From contig JBFXEV010000001.1 of assembly GCA_050179755.1 (NCBI GenBank), positions 201,994-265,993 on the forward strand: 64,000 bases of DNA. The letters run 5' to 3'. Of this stretch, positions 29,503-39,468 are shown piece by piece. The notes under the pieces were generated by a model. The model was not told the DNA's origin and did not search any database. It was given only the letters and a program-made list of their open reading frames with translations. Source of the DNA: Candidatus Babeliales bacterium (lineage in GTDB: Bacteria; Babelota; Babeliae; Babelales; JBFXEV01). The position numbers were made by a program, and so were the translations under genes. Within the stretch, counting starts at the first letter, position 1. Each line of letters starts with the position of its first letter.

Positions 29503-30264
29503 ATGAATAAACGCATTGACACCATCATAGTAGACTTAACCGGAGTTTTATTTACCATTGATCAGTGGCAGGTATTCAAACTTATGGGCATCAAAAACGT
29601 GCTCTGCTATTTGGTTACCCATTTTAAAAATCCCTTTACAGAAACTCTCAAAATTGCAACTCTTATTGCACAAAGAGAAAAGCAAAGCAACTTGCCACTA
29701 CTGCTTTATAAAACGTATCAAATGCCTTCGTGCCTAACCAAGTCTCACTTAGGCATAATAACAGCGCAAGAAGCGCATAAAGAATTTACACAAAAGCTCC
29801 AACAGCTTGTGCAAGAAGGCCTTATAAAAAGTAAGCTTGAGCAAAGAATGATGCAGCAATTTATTGATGTGATAAGCGATCCAGAAATACGAGCGCATTT
29901 AATAACACCCAATTATGCATTGCTGAATCTTATTTTAGAGTGCAAAACTATTAAGCGGCGCTTTATACTTTCTAACCTTGATATGTCCACGTATGGTGCA
30001 TTACGCACGCACTATCCTGATATGTTTGCCCTATTTGAAGGTTCTATTATTTCTGCGGAAGTTGGCATGGTTAAACCAAATAGTGATATTTATGAATATC
30101 TGCTTACAACATATAACTTACAGCCTGCAAATTGCCTTTTTCTTGATGATCAGCAAGAAAATGTTGAGACTGCTCAAAAGCTTGGGATCACCAGTATTTT
30201 ATATACAAGCACCACGACGCTCAAACAAGAATTGAGACAGCTAATGTTGATTGCCAAAACCTAA
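29503..30264 (+). CDS. HAD family phosphatase
   Basis: IIVDLTGVL, LSN, SAEVGMVKP, FLDDQQENV. Confidence 0.88.
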   Translation: MNKRIDTIIVDLTGVLFTIDQWQVFKLMGIKNVLCYLVTHFKNPFTETLKIATLIAQREKQSNLPLLLYKTYQMPSCLTKSHLGIITAQEAHKEFTQKLQQLVQEGLIKSKLEQRMMQQFIDVISDPEIRAHLITPNYALLNLILECKTIKRRFILSNLDMSTYGALRTHYPDMFALFEGSIISAEVGMVKPNSDIYEYLLTTYNLQPANCLFLDDQQENVETAQKLGITSILYTSTTTLKQELRQLMLIAKT

Positions 30265-30279
30265 AAATGAAAGTAAATT

Positions 30280-31056
30280 ATGAAACATATTAAACTTCTC
30301 AGTCTTCTCGGCATTTTCTTACCGCACTTTGCAATACACCCTATGAAACAACAGGGAAAAACCTTTAGTGTTACCCTGCAAACAGTAAACACCAAAAAAT
30401 ACGTTTCACTTTTAAGCGCCCAGAATATCCTTAAAGCCAAGTATCCTAAAATGATTACGCTGTATAAGCCTGAGGAGCTGCACATGACACTGCTCTATTT
30501 TAAAATATCAATACCTGAAGGCCAGTCCGGTGAAAAGCTTGCTACAGAACTTGCAAAGCTCGTTTCTGAATTTCAAGAGCAAATTTCTGCTATTTCTTTT
30601 ACTTTTGACCGCATCTCTCCTATTGTTGGTTCAACTAAGCAATTTATTGCCGCAAAATACCAACCAATTACAGCATTTAAAGATATTCAGAACAATGTAT
30701 TTTATCCACTGGTGCAAAAGATTCAATCAAAGTATCCTTATCTGCAAGTGGAACCGTATAACTTTCAATACCCTGATTTTCATATCAGTTTAGGATACAC
30801 TAGCCCTCATGCCTCAATACCTGATCTTAAAAAGCATACGCTTGACGTACACGTAGCTGATTATCAACTTGCAAAAGCAGGATTGCAAGTGAGCGTGCGA
30901 GATGATTACAATAGTTGGATTAAAGATGTGCCAACTATAAAGACTGCACTTCTAAAGCCACTCGAAAAACCTGAGACAGCCCTATCAGCTAGTAATCTTG
31001 ACGTTACGTTATTTGAATTAAAGGATGCCTTGTTGAAATTAGCAGTGGAGCTATAA
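30280..31056 (+). CDS. Secreted 2H phosphoesterase-like protein
   Basis: Two HxT/S motifs (LHMTL, FHISL) about 100 aa apart; signal peptide. Confidence 0.7.
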   Translation: MKHIKLLSLLGIFLPHFAIHPMKQQGKTFSVTLQTVNTKKYVSLLSAQNILKAKYPKMITLYKPEELHMTLLYFKISIPEGQSGEKLATELAKLVSEFQEQISAISFTFDRISPIVGSTKQFIAAKYQPITAFKDIQNNVFYPLVQKIQSKYPYLQVEPYNFQYPDFHISLGYTSPHASIPDLKKHTLDVHVADYQLAKAGLQVSVRDDYNSWIKDVPTIKTALLKPLEKPETALSASNLDVTLFELKDALLKLAVEL

Positions 31057-31077
31057 AGTTATATCACTACGAATAAC

Positions 31078-31126
31078 CCTACTACGCCAACGTGTTCTAC
31101 GAAGTTAACGAAGTAGAAAGCTTCGA
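31078..31126 (+). repeat. REP-like repeat family B
   Basis: cctactacgccaacgtgttctacgaag repeated at 32601. Confidence 0.75.
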
Positions 31127-31183
31127 AGAATGTTACTTCTGATAAAGTAGCAAAATGCTGCAAAAGGCACAATTCCTCTTGCA

Positions 31184-31333
31184 ACGTATAAATTAAAACC
31201 CGCAGAATGCCTTTTTTTAGATGATCAACAAGAAAATGTTGAAACTGCACAAAAACTTGGGATTACCAATATTTTATACACCATACCTGAACGCTTAACC
31301 AAAAACTGGCAACCACGAATCTTCTTTGATTAA
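31184..31333 (+). pseudogene. Duplicated 3' end of the HAD phosphatase gene
   Basis: TYKLKPAECLFLDDQQENVETAQKLGITNILYT versus TYNLQPANCLFLDDQQENVETAQKLGITSILYT. Confidence 0.8.
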
Positions 31334-31337
31334 ATAA

Positions 31338-31844
31338 TCAATTATTTTTTGGATATAATCCTTGTTGCTGGCCACATTGACAGATAAGTTGGCGAATCAA
31401 AATAGCGCGTTCCATAAGAGTTGCATATCTATTTTCATCTTCTTTTGTTGCTCTTGGATTTCTTCTATTTTGAATATATGAGTCACTAAATAGTTCTACA
31501 TTTTCTTGCGCGAGATTCATTACAGCTTCAGAATTTAACCCTTGTTTTGCAGCCTTAGCTAAAATCTCGTTTACATACCCGCAGGTAAAAATATATCCCG
31601 TAGTTCTATTATACAGAGTGTAGTTGCGATACATTTCTCGCATTTCTGTTCGAGCATGGGCCTTTATAGAGTCAGTAGCACCAGGTCTATAAGGAGCAAG
31701 GCCATGAATTATTAGATAAGCCCTTTCTACTGTTTGATCTATTCTTTGCTTAACTTCTTCGTTACTTTTTTGCTCCGTGCAAATGGAATCACCTGCCACA
31801 GCAAGAACCGCTATTACTACTACTTTTTTAAAAAACTGATGCAT
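31338..31844 (-). CDS. Secreted hypothetical protein, paralog family B
   Basis: MHQFFKKVVVIA; CGYVNEILAKAAKQGL; ERAILIRQLICQC. Confidence 0.7.
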   Translation of the reverse strand: MHQFFKKVVVIAVLAVAGDSICTEQKSNEEVKQRIDQTVERAYLIIHGLAPYRPGATDSIKAHARTEMREMYRNYTLYNRTTGYIFTCGYVNEILAKAAKQGLNSEAVMNLAQENVELFSDSYIQNRRNPRATKEDENRYATLMERAILIRQLICQCGQQQGLYPKNN

Positions 31845-31859
31845 AAAAATCTCTATTTG

Positions 31860-32453
31860 TTATTCTTTATTAACGATTTCTTCTTTATGAAGGCTTCTTT
31901 GTTGCCTACATTCACAAACCAGTTTACCAATCAAACGAGCGCGCTCAGCAAGCTTGAGTTCAAGCGCACTTGCGACTTTATTCAGATATTTTTTAAATCG
32001 AGCCTCAGTATCTTCTGGAGTCTCAGTATCTTCTCTAGATGCAAGCAACATGAGTAAAGTATTGTTATCTTTCCCTGCGGCATAAAGTACCTGATTTCTT
32101 TGCGCACTCTCCATTACATCTTCAAAAGTCAAGCCGAGCTTTGCAGCTTCGTCTAAAATTTCATGTATGTAGTCGCACTTGGATATATAGAAGGTCGTTT
32201 TAATGTTCCAAGTATAATCCTGAAACAAAGAATCTAACTTTTTTAAAGCTTTCCGTTTCTCTTTGGCCTTTTTATTGCGCGCCTCTCTTTCAGCCTGATC
32301 TCGTTCTTGTGCTTCAGACAAAGATAACCCCCGTTTTACTTCGGCCATATTATCTTGCTCAGCATCGAACCTTGGTTGTGCTAAACTATTTTGACTATTC
32401 AAACATGTTACCACCAGCGCTATGATAATTACTTTTTTAAATAAAGGATGCAT
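31860..32453 (-). CDS. Secreted hypothetical protein, paralog family B
   Basis: MHPLFKKVIIIA; CDYIHEILDEAAKLGL; ERARLIGKLVCEC. Confidence 0.7.
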   Translation of the reverse strand: MHPLFKKVIIIALVVTCLNSQNSLAQPRFDAEQDNMAEVKRGLSLSEAQERDQAEREARNKKAKEKRKALKKLDSLFQDYTWNIKTTFYISKCDYIHEILDEAAKLGLTFEDVMESAQRNQVLYAAGKDNNTLLMLLASREDTETPEDTEARFKKYLNKVASALELKLAERARLIGKLVCECRQQRSLHKEEIVNKE

Positions 32454-32600
32454 ATAGTTACTCCATGTAATAAAAATAAACTCTATATCTCAGAATATAG
32501 ATCCTGTGCGTTATTTCAAGGCCTCAAGAATATTTTTCATACTTTTTACTTAAAAAGAGAATATGGCAGAATCTCTTCTCTTGCGATAGCAATTTCACAT

Positions 32601-32659
32601 CCTACTACGCCAACGTGTTCTACGAAGCTTAGCGAAGTGTAAGGCTACAGCGGCCAGGC
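32601..32659 (+). repeat. REP-like repeat family B
   Basis: Second copy, ending aaggctacagcggccaggc. Confidence 0.75.
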
Positions 32660-32701
32660 AGCCTATCCACAACGCAGAATGAAAAAAAATCCTACACGAA
32701 A

Positions 32702-32837
32702 CGGTGGAGCCTAGTGAGAATTTCATGCAAAGAAATTCGAGATAGGCGTCTTCACCGGGAGAGAGGGTTATTAGGGAGCGTATGCGTCCCTAATTTTGGT
32801 TTTCTGCATACTCTTTTGGCAAACCCAAAAGAGTATG
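32702..32837. other. Multi-hairpin intergenic element (MITE-like or ncRNA)
   Basis: Stems cggtggag/cttcaccg, gaatttc/gaaattc, ttaggga/tccctaa, catactcttttgg/ccaaaagagtatg. Confidence 0.5.
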
Positions 32838-32962
32838 TGCCGCCACGCATAGTGGCCCCGAGAGAAGCAATTGTAAAGATAAAGGCTTTTTCTAAATTAA
32901 CACAATAATCGACAATTATGCTATATTATGCATAATCTATACTTCAAACACCTAGGATAGTT

Positions 32963-33430
32963 ATGCAAAAATTAATAAATCTTATTATTTTCTCAATTAT
33001 TATACTCATAAGCGTTACATCCCAAGCAATGGACCCAGCTCATATGAGCAGAATAGTAATTTCAAATCAATCAGAACAAAGTATTCTAGTTGCTCCACTA
33101 ACTAATCCTGGATTCATCTTAGAACCCAAAGAACAATCTAAGATCATAGGAATTTCCCCTAGCATAGGCAATAGTGACCTCTATTTCTCATCAACAAAAG
33201 GTGTGTATGAACTTAAAATTGTGCCCCTATTGGACCTATTTAATCCCAAAATAGCCCTTTGTTTACTATTGGCAAGACAAGCCGCCTTTGTCACTCTTGA
33301 GGAAAAAACAATGAAATTCCCACATGCCACAGTTACCGTGCAACTTGATGCTGCACATATTGCAACATTTGTTGAGCGCGAAGGTGTAGAAGAAACAGAT
33401 GAAAAACATGCGCTCCTATTAAAGAAATAA
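32963..33430 (+). CDS. Secreted hypothetical protein, paralog family C
   Basis: ...SQAMD; ISNQSEQSILVAP; ATFVEREGVEETDEKHALLL. Confidence 0.7.
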   Translation: MQKLINLIIFSIIILISVTSQAMDPAHMSRIVISNQSEQSILVAPLTNPGFILEPKEQSKIIGISPSIGNSDLYFSSTKGVYELKIVPLLDLFNPKIALCLLLARQAAFVTLEEKTMKFPHATVTVQLDAAHIATFVEREGVEETDEKHALLLKK

Positions 33431-33459
33431 AACAATCAAACTCATTTCGTGAGAACCAC

Positions 33460-33978
33460 ATGAAAAAAATAATAAATTTATTTATTCTATTCATTGTTAC
33501 ATTAACGAGTGTTAAATCACAAGCCATGTATCCAACTCCGCCAAGGCCTTATTCTACAGGCTCACATGCTATGCACCAAACTCTATGCGCATTCCAGGCA
33601 ATAATTTCTAATCAATCTACACAACCCATTTTAGTCTCACCACAAGGCAAAGCAGGAACAATTTTATTTCTTGGTCAGTGCGCCGCACCCATAGAAGTTT
33701 CGTCAAAAGGACTGATTAATACTGGTCAAATACTTATTTCTTCAGCAAAAGGTGTAAACCAATTATGCTCATTGACACACCTTCCCAGTAAAGAAGTAAT
33801 AGTTTTTTTATCGTTGGCAAGAGCGAACGACTTTGTGCTAATGGAAAGCATCGCATGTTTATGGCATAAGGCACTATCTTTCTTTATAAAAGTTGATGAT
33901 ACTGGGCTGGCCACCTTTGTTGATCGCGAAGGCGTACAAGAAACTGATGAAAAACTGGCATTACTATTGGAAAAATAA
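33460..33978 (+). CDS. Secreted hypothetical protein, paralog family C
   Basis: ...SQAMY; ISNQSTQPILVSP; ATFVDREGVQETDEKLALLL. Confidence 0.7.
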   Translation: MKKIINLFILFIVTLTSVKSQAMYPTPPRPYSTGSHAMHQTLCAFQAIISNQSTQPILVSPQGKAGTILFLGQCAAPIEVSSKGLINTGQILISSAKGVNQLCSLTHLPSKEVIVFLSLARANDFVLMESIACLWHKALSFFIKVDDTGLATFVDREGVQETDEKLALLLEK

Positions 33979-34038
33979 GGCAAACAATCCACACTCACTA
34001 AAACAAATATTCTTCAAACACCATCAGGAAAACGCATT

Positions 34039-34923
34039 ATGTTCGGCTTCATAAAAGAAAAACTCACTAAAGTATTCACCCAAGTCACACAAAAATTTAA
34101 CACCCTATTTTCAAGAAAATCGATTGACCAAGAAGCCCTTACCGAACTTGAAAAAATATTAATCCAAGCAGATGCTGGCGTACTCACCACCAGAAACATT
34201 TTAAAACAAGTCACCCTTGAGTGGCAACAAGGCCGCATACAAGAAGGTGCTGACTTGCATCAAGCAGTCAAAGAGCATTTGCTTGCGCAACTTCCTGAAC
34301 ACAAGCAAACCGATTGCCAAGTATATCTGCTTGTTGGTATCAACGGCAGCGGCAAAACCACGAGCGCTGCCAAATTGGCCTCAAAATTAAAAGATGAAGG
34401 TAAACGAGTACTCTTGGTCGCTGGCGATACGTTCCGTGCAGCGGCAGTGGAGCAACTTGCCGTTTGGGCCAAAAAAATTGATGTGCCGTTAATGGTTGGT
34501 GCACCAGAGCAAGATCCTGCCTCAGTTATTTTTTCAGGATGCACGCGCTTTAAACAAGAGGGCTTTGATGCACTTATTATCGACACTGCAGGCAGATTGC
34601 AAACAAAAGTAAATTTAATGAAAGAACTTGAAAAAATTAAAAAAGTAATAGAAAAACAATTGCCAGATCACACCATATGCACGTTACTCACGGTCGATGC
34701 TATGTTGGGGCAAAACTCTTTTGACCAAGCCAAATTGTTTCATGAAAGCACCAAGCTTGATGGCTTAGTGCTTACCAAAATGGATGGCACGGGCAAAGGC
34801 GGCATAGTGTTTGCTATAACCAAGGAACTTTCAGTCCCTGTGCTCTATATTTCATATGGGGAACAACTTGACCAACTCAAGCCATTTGATAAACAAGAAT
34901 ATATTGAGCAATTACTTGGCTGA
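34039..34923 (+). CDS. ftsY: SRP receptor FtsY
   Basis: GINGSGKTT, DTFRAAA, DTAGR, TKMDGTGKGG. Confidence 0.97.
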   Translation: MFGFIKEKLTKVFTQVTQKFNTLFSRKSIDQEALTELEKILIQADAGVLTTRNILKQVTLEWQQGRIQEGADLHQAVKEHLLAQLPEHKQTDCQVYLLVGINGSGKTTSAAKLASKLKDEGKRVLLVAGDTFRAAAVEQLAVWAKKIDVPLMVGAPEQDPASVIFSGCTRFKQEGFDALIIDTAGRLQTKVNLMKELEKIKKVIEKQLPDHTICTLLTVDAMLGQNSFDQAKLFHESTKLDGLVLTKMDGTGKGGIVFAITKELSVPVLYISYGEQLDQLKPFDKQEYIEQLLG

Positions 34924-35487
34924 TACTGCTTTTGCGTTCAATACTGTTTTTTCTTTAAACATCATTTGGCTTGTACTCAATGATTTAAATGCCACAAGTT
35001 TGGCAGCATTGCTTTTGCTGCGCTTAACGTGCGCAGCAAATTGATCTAATCGCAGTGCTGCAATGTTTTGTTTAACTTCCAAAGTCTTTGCTTCATCAGC
35101 CTCGACTGCATACAGGTTTTCAAAACCCGGCATTTTTGCACACAAAGCTTGAACCTTATCAATCAAGACTGGCTCTTTAAAACTTAAAACATATATTCCC
35201 AAATTAGGAACCGGATTTAATGATCTTGCCTTACATATTGAACACAAACTTGATAATGCTTGTTCATGCTTTGCAGCTTGTATCCCAGAAATTGGTCGTA
35301 CTAAATTTGTCCCTGTCACATAACCTGGTCGAACTTGTAGTAGAACACATGATACCATTGTATTATCAGCAGAAGTTGTAGCAGCCTCACGCGTCCCATC
35401 TGTAACTTGAACCCTCTCTTGCTCCATACATTTAATCTGCATACTTGCACCAAGTGCAAGCACTCCTAAAAACTTGTTAATTTGCAT
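34912..35487 (-). CDS. Secreted hypothetical protein
   Basis: Signal peptide ...IKCMEQ; AAGGTG RBS. Confidence 0.65.
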   Translation of the reverse strand: MQINKFLGVLALGASMQIKCMEQERVQVTDGTREAATTSADNTMVSCVLLQVRPGYVTGTNLVRPISGIQAAKHEQALSSLCSICKARSLNPVPNLGIYVLSFKEPVLIDKVQALCAKMPGFENLYAVEADEAKTLEVKQNIAALRLDQFAAHVKRSKSNAAKLVAFKSLSTSQMMFKEKTVLNAKAVSAK

Positions 35488-35642
35488 ATAAACACCTTAT
35501 CTTAAGCATTAAAAATTTTATAAGTTATTCATACTGTACAAGAAGCTGTTCTTTTTTCCAAGGGTATTGCACAAAATAATTCACTTTTGCTGGCAATACC
35601 AGTAAACTAACACTATATTCTTTACAAAATCACGAAAGAAAT

Positions 35643-36530
35643 ATGAAGCAACCAATTCACGCACTCGTTGCAACTATTACCAAGAAATTAGAAACTGAAT
35701 ACCATGATCTTATGCTTGCTCAACAAACTGCATGGTGGCTACTTGAAGCACTCACTAAATTAACACAAGCACAATTAATAGTTCAACAAGAACTTGAACT
35801 TTCCAAAGAGCAAGAGCAACAACTTGCAGCATGGGTTACTGAAATTACCACCAAACACAAGCCACTCCAATATATTTTAGGCAGTGTCCCTTTTGCAAAT
35901 CTAGAAATTTTAGTAAAACCACCCATCTTAATTCCTCGTCCTGAAACAGAAGAATTTGTGCTCAATCTTATTGATCAACTTAAAGCATTTAAAAATGAAA
36001 AACTTTCTATCTTGGATGTTGGCACGGGCACCGGATGCATTGCACTTGCGCTTGCCAAAGCATTACCGCATGCAACAATCACCGGAATTGATATAGATTC
36101 GCGCGCACTTGCCCTTGCACGCACCAATGCGCAGCATAACAATATACACAATGTTGTATTGAGTGAATCAGACGTGTACGCAAATTTGGGCACCTACCAA
36201 ACATTTGATCTTATAGTAAGCAATCCACCCTATATTGCACCCGAAGAATGGCAAGCACTTGAGCCTTCGGTTACTCAATGGGAAAATCCTGGTGCATTGC
36301 TTGCTCCGCACGAAGGCCTTGCAATCATTGAGCGTATTATAAAAGATGCACCAACGCATCTTAAGCGCGATTCAGCACTACATAAAAATCGTATGGCGCA
36401 ATTGATTATAGAAATTGGCTATATGCAAGGGCCTGCGATAAAACAACTCATGGAACAGCATGAATTTACCCGAGTAGAAATAAAAAAAGATCTAGAAGGC
36501 AAAGACCGCACCGTATGGGGCTATTTATGA
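35643..36530 (+). CDS. prmC: Release factor glutamine methyltransferase
   Basis: PLQYILG, LIPRPETE, LDVGTGTGCIA, SNPPY. Confidence 0.96.
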   Translation: MKQPIHALVATITKKLETEYHDLMLAQQTAWWLLEALTKLTQAQLIVQQELELSKEQEQQLAAWVTEITTKHKPLQYILGSVPFANLEILVKPPILIPRPETEEFVLNLIDQLKAFKNEKLSILDVGTGTGCIALALAKALPHATITGIDIDSRALALARTNAQHNNIHNVVLSESDVYANLGTYQTFDLIVSNPPYIAPEEWQALEPSVTQWENPGALLAPHEGLAIIERIIKDAPTHLKRDSALHKNRMAQLIIEIGYMQGPAIKQLMEQHEFTRVEIKKDLEGKDRTVWGYL

Positions 36531-36988
36531 AAGCAATTATCACACCCTGTTTAGATCAACTCGTTTCGGTAATACTACGCCCTCATCAGGTAGATTGTAT
36601 CTTGCTTGAGGAAGTTTCAAAAAATAACTTTACCTTAAAATATTCTGCTGGCGTCTATGCACAAGGTTTATCACTTGCACAACCGGTCTACATTGAAAAT
36701 TTTATACGTGAATTCTTACACTCACGTAACATACCCAATGCTTTTGTTGCTATCGCAATGCTATCAGACACTTCTGAACAAACTATAAGCTCTCATGAGC
36801 TTTTGCAGTGCCAATTACTTGCAATAAACACACCGTTTCACTGTGCAGGCATTACCACCCATGCACGTGCTCAAGAGTATGCCCATTCTCACCATGCATC
36901 GGGAGAAAATAGCTCACGCCTTATATCTAACGAAGATTTTTTGTGTAGTATCGGCCTTTATCTTATGGCACGAAAGCCTCAGCGATGA
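36527..36988 (+). CDS. Hypothetical protein (possibly reduced PilM-like)
   Basis: Coupled to the PilN-like gene; C-terminal SIGLYL is reminiscent of the PilM AxGLA end. Confidence 0.4.
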   Translation: MKAIITPCLDQLVSVILRPHQVDCILLEEVSKNNFTLKYSAGVYAQGLSLAQPVYIENFIREFLHSRNIPNAFVAIAMLSDTSEQTISSHELLQCQLLAINTPFHCAGITTHARAQEYAHSHHASGENSSRLISNEDFLCSIGLYLMARKPQR

Positions 36989-37524
36989 ACAACATTAATT
37001 TTATTAATACGCCACCACCAGATAAACAGCTGGCCGTCTATCGTTGGTATCACTATAGTATTGGCTTATCTCTTGCACTCATGCTCGCGCTCGGAGCACT
37101 CACGAGCTATTATTATTACGAACTCAAGCAAGAACAAATAATCAAAAAGCAACTACGAGAAGTAAAAGAGCAACAATCAATACTCTCTGAGCGGATAACA
37201 GAATTTGCCAAAGCGCAAGAAAAAGTAAAAACCCAAAACAATAAACTCATGAGCGCCAAAAACTTTCAACCAATAACCTATTTAGAAGCACTTGCAGTAA
37301 CCATTCCTCAGGATACGTGCTTATTTACCGCAGACATTCACAAAAAAAAGAAACTACAGTTACACGGCTATACAGAATCGGCCGACTCCTTAAAAAAATT
37401 TATGGAACAATTATCTGGCACAACGCTGGTTAAAAAAATTGAACTTTCTAGTTTGCAGCCAGAGAGCAGCAATGCAAAGCAACTTTATAAATTTACCTTA
37501 ATAGCACAATTGCAAACAGTATAA
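36985..37524 (+). CDS. PilN-like protein
   Basis: MNNINFI start, TM, coiled coil, LEALAVTIPQD, LHGYT, KFMEQL, YKFTL. Confidence 0.7.
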   Translation: MNNINFINTPPPDKQLAVYRWYHYSIGLSLALMLALGALTSYYYYELKQEQIIKKQLREVKEQQSILSERITEFAKAQEKVKTQNNKLMSAKNFQPITYLEALAVTIPQDTCLFTADIHKKKKLQLHGYTESADSLKKFMEQLSGTTLVKKIELSSLQPESSNAKQLYKFTLIAQLQTV

Positions 37525-37543
37525 TATTGGGTATGATGGTGAT

Positions 37544-39358
37544 ATGAATATTATAAAACAATTATCACCTGAGCAAGCAAATCAAATTGCAGCAGGTCAA
37601 GTGGTAGAACGACCAGCAAATATTGTAAAAGAGCTTATAGAAAACAGCATTGATGCGGGAGCCACTCGCATTGAACTATTTATTGAGCAAGGCGGCCATC
37701 AATTAATCAGAGTAATTGATAATGGCCATGGCATGTCCCCCGATGACGCACACGCTTGCTTTTTACGCCACGCCACAAGCAAACTTGCAAACATTGATGA
37801 ATTACCCACCCTTACCACATTTGGTTTTCGCGGTGAGGCACTTGCAAGCATTGCAGCAGTAAGCAACGTCACGCTTATTACCAAACACAGTCGCGACGAT
37901 CTTGCCACCAAAATTGCGCTTTTTGATGGTAAAATTACCGCATGTAATATAACTGCTACCACTGGTACAGATATTACCGTTGAACAGTTATTTTATAACG
38001 TGCCTGCACGTAAAAAGTTTCTAAAAAAAGATAGCACCGAATGGCGCGCAATCGAACAATTGTTTGAAGCTTTTTGCCTAAGCTTTTTAACAAAGCATTT
38101 TATTTTATGGCATGATGGCAAACAAATTCTTAACTGCCCTCCTGTTGCCACGTTGACTGAACGGGTAGCTCAATTATTACCGGCAGCAATTTCTACAACC
38201 ACCATACCATTGATCGATCATGAACAAAAAGGTATTGCTGTTTCTGGCGCAATTACCCATCATCATTATTTTAGGTATGATCGCAACAATATCTTTTTAT
38301 TTGTAAACAATAGATGGGTGAAAAATAAAGAACTTTCAAGCGCAATGCTCAACGGTTACTTGAACGTTTTACCCGCGGGCAGATTCCCTGCTGGTTGTAT
38401 TTCAATTACCGTTGATCCACATGAAGTTGATATTAATACGCATCCACGAAAAGAAGAAGTAGTCTTTGTGCATCCACGGCGCGTTAGCACATTAATCACC
38501 ACTGCGGTAAAAGCAACACTAGAGGCTCATCTTTCTAAACAACTTGCACGCACTATTACATTTGCACCATCACGCAGCACCACGCTGCCTCCCGATGATC
38601 CGTTTGCACGGCAAGATTCTAGTTTTATTATGCCACCCAAGCCTCCAAGCCCGCTGGGCCCATTGCGACCAATTTTAAGTTCTTTACAAACAGCAAGCAA
38701 TGCCCTCTATACTCCAAATACCAACTTTCATCATAACCAAGAGATACCTCACACGCAAACAAAAACGACCCAAGATAAACACTTTACTATCATTGGCCAG
38801 TTATCAAGCACCTATATATTGCTTGATCACGAGGATGGCCTTTTTGTTGTTGATCAACATGCAGCACATGAACGCGTGCTCTATGAGCAATTTAAATCAC
38901 GTTTTGGCAACGTGCCCACTATTGAGCTCATGTTCCCTCACGTAATTGAGCTGACACAGCACGACATAGAAATTATAGCTGATCATCTTGAATTGCTTGT
39001 GGCGCATGGTGTGAGCATTGAACGATTTGGCCCAACACAATTACGCATCACCAGCACGCCGGTACATGCAAAAGAAGTTTCGGTTGAAGAACTCTTAAAA
39101 GAAATGATTGGCTGGATTAAAGAAGCTGATACGGTAACCAAAGAACAGCTCCATGAACAAATCAATGAAAAATTACATGCTCAAATGGCATGCAAAGCAG
39201 CAATAAAGGCTGGCGATATATTGAACAATGAAAAAATGCATGCACTACTTACTGAACTATACGCATGCGAAAATAGATTTATTTGTGCACACGGCAGGCC
39301 CACTGGATGGTTACTTTCCACCCATGAAATTGAAAAAAAATTTAAAAGAGTGAGTTAA
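37544..39358 (+). CDS. mutL: DNA mismatch repair protein MutL
   Basis: NQIAAGQVVERP, GFRGEALASI, DQHAAHER, ACK, CAHGRP. Confidence 0.97.
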   Translation: MNIIKQLSPEQANQIAAGQVVERPANIVKELIENSIDAGATRIELFIEQGGHQLIRVIDNGHGMSPDDAHACFLRHATSKLANIDELPTLTTFGFRGEALASIAAVSNVTLITKHSRDDLATKIALFDGKITACNITATTGTDITVEQLFYNVPARKKFLKKDSTEWRAIEQLFEAFCLSFLTKHFILWHDGKQILNCPPVATLTERVAQLLPAAISTTTIPLIDHEQKGIAVSGAITHHHYFRYDRNNIFLFVNNRWVKNKELSSAMLNGYLNVLPAGRFPAGCISITVDPHEVDINTHPRKEEVVFVHPRRVSTLITTAVKATLEAHLSKQLARTITFAPSRSTTLPPDDPFARQDSSFIMPPKPPSPLGPLRPILSSLQTASNALYTPNTNFHHNQEIPHTQTKTTQDKHFTIIGQLSSTYILLDHEDGLFVVDQHAAHERVLYEQFKSRFGNVPTIELMFPHVIELTQHDIEIIADHLELLVAHGVSIERFGPTQLRITSTPVHAKEVSVEELLKEMIGWIKEADTVTKEQLHEQINEKLHAQMACKAAIKAGDILNNEKMHALLTELYACENRFICAHGRPTGWLLSTHEIEKKFKRVS

Positions 39359-39468
39359 TTATTATAATCTTAATTACTATTTTTTGTGGTAATCTCTAGA
39401 CATTGAATTAAGGAATTCTGTAAGCTTACCTTGAAATAATAGTAATGCCTTATATAAGGAGTATCATA

